This document shows, in pieces, positions 1 to 6,320 of a stretch of DNA of 10,502 bases. The notes under the pieces are model-generated. The model worked only from the letters and a program-made list of their open reading frames with translations. It was not told the origin of the DNA and made no database searches. The stretch covers positions 1 through 10,502 of the forward strand of contig JBBQPO010000220.1 of assembly GCA_038217285.1 (NCBI GenBank), read 5' to 3'. Position numbers and translations under genes: made by a program. Every line of letters begins with the position of its first letter. Positions within the stretch are counted from its first letter, which is position 1. This stretch comes from Chthonomonadales bacterium. GTDB taxonomy: Bacteria; Armatimonadota; Chthonomonadetes; Chthonomonadales; Chthonomonadaceae.

Positions 1-143
1 GTTATCACCCCTCGCTACGCACCGCCTGCGGCGGTCAAGGGGTTATCACCCCTCGCTACGCACCGCCTGCGGCGGTCAAGGGGTTATCACCCCTCGCTAC
101 GCACCGCCTGCGGCGGTCAAGGGGTTATCACCCCTCGCTACGC
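1..143 (-). repeat. Perfect tandem array (3.5 copies visible, truncated by window start) of a 41-bp REP-like unit
   Basis: GTTATCACCCCTCGCTACGCACCGCCTGCGGCGGTCAAGGG starts at 1, 42 and 83, with a partial copy at 124-143. On the minus strand each unit reads hairpin ACCGCC-GCA-GGCGGT, then GC-GTAG-CG, then hairpin AGGGGT-GATA-ACCCCT: a GTAG-type REP layout. No spacers. Confidence 0.93.
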
Positions 144-189
144 GGCTTCGCCGGACCGTCCTTCGGACGGGTGGAGAAAGGAACCGAAT

Positions 190-637
190 TTGATCCGCCG
201 CAGAAGTTATCTTGCTCTCATCGTCCATATCATCTGGACAACGCGGGAGCGCTATCCTCTGATCACGCCGGATATTGAACCTCGCTTGTATGACTATTTT
301 GCCGGGGTCGCCAAACACAAAGGTTGTGATATGCTGGCGATCGGCGGAACCGAAAACCATGTCCATCTCCTGGTCGTATACCCGGCGACGATCCGCCTGT
401 GCGACCTGATACGGGAATTCAAAGCAGGCTCCTCGCGATTGATTCAGGAGACGCTCAAACCCGAGAACTGGTTCGACTGGCAAAATAACTACGCGGCGAT
501 CTCTGTCTCACCATCGCACCGCAAGCGCATCATCACATAACCAAAAACAACATCATGCCGATGGCACAACACAGGAAATCCTGGAACGGGACGGCGAAAC
601 CTACGAAACCGAACCAGATGCCGCATCCGAAGGATGA
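190..637 (+). pseudogene. tnpA: REP-associated / IS200-like Y1 (HUH) transposase, frameshifted at the catalytic Tyr helix
   Basis: Frame from 190 has HIIWTTRER, the HUH motif NHVHLL, FKAGSS and WQNNYAAISVS, then stops at TAA 538-540. The +1 frame continues HNQKQHHADG...EG* to TGA 635-637. The expected YIxNQ tyrosine is missing at the junction. SD-like AAAGGA at 177-182. Confidence 0.88.
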
Positions 638-638
638 T

Positions 639-676
639 CCGCCAGAGGCGCGTAGCGAGGGGTGATAACCCCTTGA
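639..676 (+). repeat. Single inverted REP unit downstream of tnpA
   Basis: 649-676 (CGCGTAGCGAGGGGTGATAACCCCTTGA) is the exact 28-bp reverse complement of 117-144. 639-650 (CCGCCAGAGGCG) is a variant of the array's first mini-hairpin. Confidence 0.92.
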
Positions 677-784
677 TTCGAAATTCACAAATTTGAAATT
701 GGCGAGGCAATCAAATAGGGTTCAGGTTTCTGCTTTCTTCGTACGGACTGCATGGCCGCCCAAACCCTAGGATGAGCGGCAGAC

Positions 785-1789
785 TCACCTATTTAGAGGC
801 AAAGCGATAGGGGAGTGGGTCTCGGCGGAGCGGTAGGCGGCGAGGGCGACTTCGGCGGCGCGGAGGCCGTCTTCACCGGTAATGGGGACAGGGGTGCCTT
901 CGGCGATCGCCTGCGCAAAGGCCGCGACCAGGCCGTCGTCCATGTTGCCGCCCCAGTTGTGCCAGGAGACGCTGTCGGTTCGGTCGGAGTAGAGGACGAG
1001 GTTCTGCGCGAACATATCCATCGAGAGCGTGCCGCGCTCCGTAATCACGTCCAGGGTCACATCGCCCCACGTTGGGTAAGATTTCGGGCGTGACCAGGAG
1101 GCGTCCAGTGTGCCGAAGACCCCGCGCTGAAACGTCAGACTGAGAAAGCCGACATCGTCGAACTCGGCGTGGCTGATGCCGTTGCTGATCTCGGCATAGA
1201 CCTCGCGCACCTCGTCCTGAAGCATCCAGCGCATCAGGTCCGTAACATGGACCGTATGATCCATCGTCGCGCCGCCGCCGGACTCCGCCTTGTTGATGAA
1301 CCAGCCGCCAGGATTTCGCCCCCGGTTGGTGCCGCGTATCGCCACGATCTTGCCCGCGCTGCCGCTGTCGAGCGCCGCCTTCAGCCGTTGCATCACCGGG
1401 GAGTACCGGCAGGGAAACGCGGTCATCAACTGCACCCCCGCACTCTTGCAAGCGGCGATCATCGCCTCGCCATCCGCCACCGTGGTCGCCAGCGGTTTCT
1501 CGCAGAGAACATGTTTGCCCGCCGCCGCCGCCATCTCCGTCAGCTCCCGGTGCCGCACGTTCTCCGAGCAGATCACGACAGCGTCGAGATCGGGCGCTGC
1601 CAGCAGGGCCTCATAACCGGCAAACGCCTGCGTTTCATAGCGTCGCGCCATCTCCACGGCCCGCGCCGGATCGTGGTCGGCGATTCCGACCAGTTCGGTA
1701 TCCGGTCGGGCGGCGATGCTATGCGCATAACTCGTCGCGTGCATATGGGCGAACGACATGATTCCAATGCGGACAGGACGGTGCAACAT
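785..1789 (-). CDS. Gfo/Idh/MocA family NAD(P)-dependent oxidoreductase (334 aa)
   Basis: LDAVVICS, HVLCEKP and GGGATMDHTVH motifs. Start moved to ATG 1789 (MLHRPVRIGI) because GGAGG lies 9 nt upstream. Confidence 0.93.
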   Translation of the reverse strand: MLHRPVRIGIMSFAHMHATSYAHSIAARPDTELVGIADHDPARAVEMARRYETQAFAGYEALLAAPDLDAVVICSENVRHRELTEMAAAAGKHVLCEKPLATTVADGEAMIAACKSAGVQLMTAFPCRYSPVMQRLKAALDSGSAGKIVAIRGTNRGRNPGGWFINKAESGGGATMDHTVHVTDLMRWMLQDEVREVYAEISNGISHAEFDDVGFLSLTFQRGVFGTLDASWSRPKSYPTWGDVTLDVITERGTLSMDMFAQNLVLYSDRTDSVSWHNWGGNMDDGLVAAFAQAIAEGTPVPITGEDGLRAAEVALAAYRSAETHSPIALPLNR

Positions 1790-1915
1790 CTGGCGGATCC
1801 TCCGAATTTGTGTCAAAATGAGACAGGCGGTTGTATGAGCCTCATTTCACCGCAAGACCGTTTCAGTCCTGCCAGAGCCACTCAACCCAATTGAAAACGT
1901 TCCCGACTCCTCCGG

Positions 1916-1977
1916 CGAAATCGAAAATTTGCTTTGTCCTGATGACACAATCGAAAACCGAAAATCGAAAATGAAAG
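1916..1977 (+). repeat. Short heptamer repeats (YCGAAAA) in the divergent intergenic region
   Basis: TCGAAAA-CCGAAAA-TCGAAAA-TGAAAG at 1951-1977 plus CGAAA-TCGAAAA at 1916-1927. Confidence 0.6.
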
Positions 1978-1983
1978 CGACCC

Positions 1984-2748
1984 ATGCGAATACTGCTCAC
2001 GAACGATGATGGAATCTATGCGCCCGGCATTCACGCGATGAAGACGGCCCTGGAGGCGCTGGGCGAGGTGTTTATGGTCGCGCCGGAGCGCCCGCGCAGC
2101 GCGGCGGGCCACTCGATCACCCTCCACAAGCCGCTGCGGGTGACGCCAATGACGCTGCCCAACGGCATGCACGGCCACGCAGTCAGCGGCACCCCGACGG
2201 ACTGCGTGACGCTCGGCTACGACATCGTGATGGATGGGAAGTGCGATCTGGTCGTCTCCGGGATCAACAACGGCCCGAACCTGGGCTGGGATCTGACCTA
2301 CAGCGGCACGGTGGCCGCCGCCTTTGAGGGCGCGGTGCTGGGCATGCCTGCCATTGCCGCTTCGGTAACGGCGCAGGGCGTCTCGGGCGACAGAATCGAC
2401 TTCCAGCCCGCCGCCATGTTCGTGGCACAACTCGTCCAGCGCCTTCTGAACGACCCCCTGCCCCCTCACACCTTTCTCAATGTCAATGTACCGCACGTCC
2501 CGGCAGCGGATTTGCGTGGCGCGGTGGTAACCCATCAGGGCCGTCGCGAGTATGTGGACCGTATCGAAATGCGCCTCGATCCCGGTGGGCGACCCTACTA
2601 CTGGCAGGCGGGCAGCCTGCGCGAAACCACGCCCGACCCCGGCTCCGACGTCCACGCCGTGCTGGAAAACCGAATCTCCGTCACTCCCGTACAACTCGAC
2701 CTGACCGACTACACCCTACTCGACCACCTGCGTCAATGGGATCTGTAA
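1984..2748 (+). CDS. surE: 5'/3'-nucleotidase SurE (254 aa)
   Basis: MRILLTNDDG, VAPERPRSAAGHSITL, GTPTDCV, SGINNGPNLG, YSGTVAAA, LNVNVP and ISVTPVQLDLT: all hallmark SurE motifs. Confidence 0.97.
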   Translation: MRILLTNDDGIYAPGIHAMKTALEALGEVFMVAPERPRSAAGHSITLHKPLRVTPMTLPNGMHGHAVSGTPTDCVTLGYDIVMDGKCDLVVSGINNGPNLGWDLTYSGTVAAAFEGAVLGMPAIAASVTAQGVSGDRIDFQPAAMFVAQLVQRLLNDPLPPHTFLNVNVPHVPAADLRGAVVTHQGRREYVDRIEMRLDPGGRPYYWQAGSLRETTPDPGSDVHAVLENRISVTPVQLDLTDYTLLDHLRQWDL

Positions 2749-2912
2749 GACATGGAAGTTCTGCTTTGCATCTGCATTTCCTTCGGAGGATCTCTTCCTG
2801 TCCTGTTCTGTCTAGATTTCCGGTACAATAGGGCAGGCATCGAAGTGAAAAACCCGGCGCCGTCCAGCAGAGCATTGACGCCACAGCGGACCGGAGGAGA
2901 GCGAGACAAGCA

Positions 2913-3977
2913 ATGGCAGTGGTAACGGAAGAGCAGATTTTAGAGGCTTTGCGCGCGGTCCAGGATCCTGACCTACATCGAGACATCGTGACGCTGGGGT
3001 TTGTGAAAGATATTCGCATCTGCGAAGGCAGCATCGCCTTCAAGGTCGAGCTGACGACTCCTGCCTGTCCCGTCAAAGACCTGCTGAAGCTGCAGGCGGA
3101 GCGGGCTGTGGCGGCCATTCCCGGCGTCGAGCGCGTCAATGTGGAGATGACGGCGCAGGTGCGTGGGCGCGCGCTGGAGGCGCAGGAGCTGATTCCCGGT
3201 GTGCGCCACGTGATCGCGGTCGCCAGCGGCAAGGGAGGCGTCGGCAAGAGCACGGTCGCCGTCAACCTCGCGGTGGCGCTGGCGCAGATGGGCGCCAAAG
3301 TCGGCCTGCTCGATGCCGACATCTACGGCCCCTCCCTGCCGATCATGCTGGGCCTCAGCAAGCGCCCCTTAATGACGGAGACGCCGACCGGCCCCAAGAT
3401 CGTGCCGATGGCCGTGCACGGAGTGCTGGCGATGTCGCTGGGCTCGCTGCTCGACCCGGAAAAGGCGGTCGTGTGGCGTGGACCGATGGTCTCCGGCGCG
3501 GTGAAGCAGTTGCTGGGCGACGTTCACTGGGGCGAACAGGACTACCTCGTGGTCGATCTGCCCCCCGGCACCGGCGACGCCCCCCTAACGCTGGCGCAGC
3601 AGGTTCCCCTCTCCGGTGTCGTGATCGTGATGACCCCGCAGCATGTGGCCCAGGAGATCGCCAACAAAAGCGTCCTGATGTTCCGTATGCTGGAGCAGGG
3701 CGGGCGCACGATTCCGCTGCTGGGCATCGTGGAGAATATGAGCGGTGCGATCTTCGGCTCAGGCGGCGGCGAAACCGCGGCCGCACGCTACGGCGTCCCG
3801 TTCCTGGGACGCATTCCGCTCGATGCTTCCGTCCGCGAAGGCGGCGACAGCGGCACACCGGTGCTGATCACCCATCCCGAATCCGAGGCCGCGCAGTCTT
3901 TCCACAACATCGCCCAGGCGATCGCAGCACGCGTCAGTGTGCTGCAGTATGAGAAAGATGCGGCGGCGGCAGCCTGA
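2913..3977 (+). CDS. mrp: Mrp/ApbC (NBP35-family) P-loop ATPase with N-terminal DUF59-type domain (354 aa)
   Basis: N-terminal VQDPDLHRDIVTLGFV...LTTPACP; deviant Walker A SGKGGVGKS; DADIYGPS; WRGPM; DLPPGTGD; VENMS; FGSGGG. Confidence 0.95.
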   Translation: MAVVTEEQILEALRAVQDPDLHRDIVTLGFVKDIRICEGSIAFKVELTTPACPVKDLLKLQAERAVAAIPGVERVNVEMTAQVRGRALEAQELIPGVRHVIAVASGKGGVGKSTVAVNLAVALAQMGAKVGLLDADIYGPSLPIMLGLSKRPLMTETPTGPKIVPMAVHGVLAMSLGSLLDPEKAVVWRGPMVSGAVKQLLGDVHWGEQDYLVVDLPPGTGDAPLTLAQQVPLSGVVIVMTPQHVAQEIANKSVLMFRMLEQGGRTIPLLGIVENMSGAIFGSGGGETAAARYGVPFLGRIPLDASVREGGDSGTPVLITHPESEAAQSFHNIAQAIAARVSVLQYEKDAAAAA

Positions 3978-4004
3978 AATCGGAAGGTCAACGCCGCTTA
4001 GTAA

Positions 4005-4018
4005 ATTTTTCGAAAAAT
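4005..4018. promoter_or_regulatory. 14-bp perfect palindrome, candidate transcription-factor site
   Basis: ATTTTTCGAAAAAT ends 25 nt upstream of the -35 box at 4044. Confidence 0.35.
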
Positions 4019-4043
4019 CGGCTTCGATTCGACGCTGAGTCTA

Positions 4044-4072
4044 TTGACGTTCCGGCGTGGGTGTGCTAGAAT
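4044..4072 (+). promoter_or_regulatory. Sigma70-type promoter
   Basis: TTGACG (4044-4049), 17-nt spacer, TAGAAT (4067-4072) with extended TG; predicted TSS about 4079-4080. Confidence 0.75.
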
Positions 4073-4079
4073 CCCTGCA

Positions 4080-4148
4080 ATGCGAGACGATCTCGCACCT
4101 TACAAAATCCGGCAGTACGAAGACGTGCTGTCGCACAGAGGCCGATGA
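4080..4148 (+). CDS. Possible leaderless 22-aa uORF (MRDDLAPYKIRQYEDVLSHRGR)
   Basis: ATG sits 7 nt after the -10 box. Its TGA (4146-4148) overlaps ATG 4145 and the SD-like GAGGT of the next ORF. No homology support. Confidence 0.3.
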   Translation: MRDDLAPYKIRQYEDVLSHRGR

Positions 4149-4159
4149 GGTTGAAAAAC

Positions 4160-4330
4160 ATGGAAACGAATCAAATGGAGTGGAGAAACGCGGAGACCAT
4201 GGCGGCGGGGCCGTCGCTGGAGTTCATCCGTGCTGTCGCAGAGCTTCTGGAAACCAATCCCGAAGACATCCTGGCGGAACTGGGCTACGTCTCTGCGGAA
4301 GAGATGCCTCTGGCGGTCACAACCCGCTAA
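4160..4330 (+). CDS. Small protein (56 aa) resembling the C-terminal helices of an XRE/Cro-CI domain
   Basis: GAGGT 8 nt before ATG 4160 (alternative start 4145). PSLEFIRAVAELLETNPEDILAELGY fits the XRE helix 4-5 pattern PSxxxLxxIAxxLxxxxxxL. Has its own promoter and a downstream hairpin. Confidence 0.65.
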   Translation: METNQMEWRNAETMAAGPSLEFIRAVAELLETNPEDILAELGYVSAEEMPLAVTTR

Positions 4331-4416
4331 CCTTCTGCGCTAAATCTGAGCAAGACGGGTCGCCCCCAGGCCGGCGTCAACCTCGGTTTCATAACCCCTA
4401 CGGGGTCAGCCGTCTT

Positions 4417-4455
4417 CAATCCGCGACGGGAGAAATTTTCTCTCGTCGCGGATTG
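4417..4455. terminator. Long inverted repeat between convergent genes, probable (bidirectional) terminator
   Basis: CAATCCGCGACGGGAGAAA-T-TTTCTCTCGTCGCGGATTG: 19-bp arms with one G.T; only a weak T-run follows. Confidence 0.65.
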
Positions 4456-4550
4456 CGTTTGGGCTAGCGTGACCTCTCCCTCTCCGCTTGCGGCTTATCT
4501 TGTCCCTCAGATTTGTCGTGACAAGGGATCCCCTCTTCGCGCTTTGCGGC

Positions 4551-4738
4551 CCGCCCGTAAACGAGCGGTCTGAGGCGGTAAGCCCCATAAATGGGGCTGT
4601 GTCCGGCGTTACCAGGTGGTTCCGTCAGGTTGTGGAGATCGATCCTCGCTTCTGTTGGACAGATCAATCCCGCTTCCAACCCGCACAGGCCCATTCATGG
4701 GCCTTGACATACCCAGCAGGCCGCTCCTTTAGGGGCGG
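4551..4738. repeat. Inverted pair (REPIN/BIME-like) of two-hairpin REP-like units, second family
   Basis: Minus 4601-4551: CACAGCCCCATTTATGGGGCTT...CAGACCGCTCGTTTACGGGCGG. Plus 4684-4738: CACAGGCCCATTCATGGGCCTT...CAGGCCGCTCCTTTAGGGGCGG. 82-bp spacer; compensatory substitutions in both stems. Confidence 0.75.
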
Positions 4739-6320
4739 CGGTCAAAGGGATAAGATTAGGCGCTTGCGGGGAGGGTCGGGGTGGGGTCTTGCGACGAAAA
4801 AGAGAGAACGACGGCTGCTCCGCAGAAGAATCGAGCCAGCTTTTCGTCAGGGTATAGGACGCGTTAAGCCGCTCAGGAGCGGGCAACGACGCTTCGTCGC
4901 GCTGAAGGTTCTGCCACTCACCGGCGCGGAGCAGCAGCCATTCCGGGCGAAAGCGATGCCAGAGCTCGTGGCCTGGCGACGAGAAGGCGGGCCGATAACA
5001 GTCGAGCGCTTCCGGCGATACCAGGGCGATCACGTCGATGACCGGCAGACGGCTGTAGTAGCCGATGTAGCCGATAGGCTCCAGCATCACGCGGTCGGTC
5101 GGGGCGGCATTGGCGCGCAGCCAGAGACCGATGGGAATGCGCAGCGTCTCCTCGGTACGCTGGCCTGCCCGCAGCGTCGCCGCCACGCGGGGTACGACCG
5201 CCGCCATCAACGCCACGCTTGCAAGCGCTGCCCACGCCAGTACCTGCCGCGCCTCCGCTCTCGCGGCCAGACCGGGACGCAGGCGCTCGATCAACAGAGC
5301 CCAGCCGGTGAGGGCGGCAAGATAGTAGATCGGGGTCGGCGGCACGAAGTACCAGCCGAACAGGAACACCTTCGACAACGCCATGGCGCTGTAGTGGATC
5401 GCGATGCCCAGCAACGGGGCGAACAGCAGACCTTCCCGTTGCCACAAGGCCGCACGCCTCTCCTGCGCGCCTTGCCCTCGCCACTCCCGAACCATGAACA
5501 CAAGAAACAGTCCCAGTCCGATAGCCAGCGCCAGACCCAGTGGGTTGTGCGTCATCAGGCTGAAGAACTCGCGCAGATGCGGGAAACGGCCCGGTGTCAG
5601 CCGCGCGTAGACGACCAGTTTGGCGCGCAGCGACAGCGGCAGAGGAGAGCCGAATGTGACGGTCGCATAGAGCATCCAGGGCAGCGTCAGGCCGGTGAAC
5701 AGCAGCAGACCGCGCCAGGGAACTCGGTGTTCCCGCCAAAGCATCGCCGCCAGGAGCAGCACGACCATGACGGCCCCATCGATCCTTAACAGCAGCAGAA
5801 GGGCGGCGGTAGCCCAGGCGGGCAGTTCTCGGCGTTCCGCCTGGAAGGCCCACAGCCAGACGGTCGCCGCCGCGACGAGGCCGACCTCCATCCCCTTCGT
5901 GGCCCAGATCAGGTTGGTTGGCGCGAAGGCCAGACAGACCGCCGCCGCCAGCCCTGCGCCCGGTCGCCCAACGGCCCGACCCAGGCGAAAAACACCCATA
6001 CAGGCCAGAGCATCCGCCGCAATGCCGAAAAGCTTGCCGCTGAGGATAGGATCGAGATGCAGACGCACAAAGAGGGCCAGCAGAAGGGTGTAGAGCGGAG
6101 TGGTCGTTCCCAGCGTGGGCGCACCGGGGTTGTAGGCGAAGCCGTGGCCGGTCGCCAGATTCTCCGCGTAGCGCAGGGTGATGAAGAAATCTTCTTCGGT
6201 GGCGCGAACGGCCACCAGTAACCAGAGCCGCAGCCCGACCGCCAGCGCCAGCACAGCCCACAAAGCGGGCACAAAGCGGACCATGCCTTTGTCATCTTCA
6301 CCCTGCGCCGGTGTCGTCAT
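4695..6320 (-). CDS. Polytopic membrane GT-C-fold glycosyltransferase-like protein (~541 aa)
   Basis: Acidic first-loop motif EEDFFITLRYAENLATGHGFAYNPG, GTTTPLYTLLLA, KGMEVGL, LLRIDG, many TM segments and a soluble C-terminal domain (IGYIGYYSRLPVIDVIALV). ATG 6320 overlaps the upstream stop (TGATG); alternative start 6284. Confidence 0.8.
   Translation of the reverse strand: MTTPAQGEDDKGMVRFVPALWAVLALAVGLRLWLLVAVRATEEDFFITLRYAENLATGHGFAYNPGAPTLGTTTPLYTLLLALFVRLHLDPILSGKLFGIAADALACMGVFRLGRAVGRPGAGLAAAVCLAFAPTNLIWATKGMEVGLVAAATVWLWAFQAERRELPAWATAALLLLLRIDGAVMVVLLLAAMLWREHRVPWRGLLLFTGLTLPWMLYATVTFGSPLPLSLRAKLVVYARLTPGRFPHLREFFSLMTHNPLGLALAIGLGLFLVFMVREWRGQGAQERRAALWQREGLLFAPLLGIAIHYSAMALSKVFLFGWYFVPPTPIYYLAALTGWALLIERLRPGLAARAEARQVLAWAALASVALMAAVVPRVAATLRAGQRTEETLRIPIGLWLRANAAPTDRVMLEPIGYIGYYSRLPVIDVIALVSPEALDCYRPAFSSPGHELWHRFRPEWLLLRAGEWQNLQRDEASLPAPERLNASYTLTKSWLDSSAEQPSFSLFRRKTPPRPSPQAPNLIPLTAAPKGAACWVCQGP

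Noticed and set aside
1..143. CRISPR array
   Set aside because: Units are identical end to end with no unique spacers, no cas genes are nearby, and a REP/RAYT explanation fits.
1790..1816. Longer N-terminus of the oxidoreductase (start 1816)
   Set aside because: A GGAGG SD and the domain start favour ATG 1789.
1816..1847. Inverted repeat AAATGAG-N18-CTCATTT as an operator
   Set aside because: Only 7-bp arms with a long spacer; could be chance.
4081..4132. Guanidine-II (mini-ykkC) riboswitch suggested by two ACGA words
   Set aside because: Neither ACGA forms a tetraloop closed by a proper G-C stem, and the downstream gene is not a guanidine-related type.
4057..4467. 136-aa ORF, or tmRNA/other large ncRNA
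   Set aside because: The ORF starts inside the promoter and shadows the better-supported small ORF; no tRNA-like ends are visible.
4488..6261. Long alternative-frame ORFs (4488-5789 +, 4918-6261 -) and similar ones over the oxidoreductase, surE, mrp and ggt
   Set aside because: Arg/Gly/Pro-rich shadow frames typical of high-GC DNA, overlapping genes with clear motifs.
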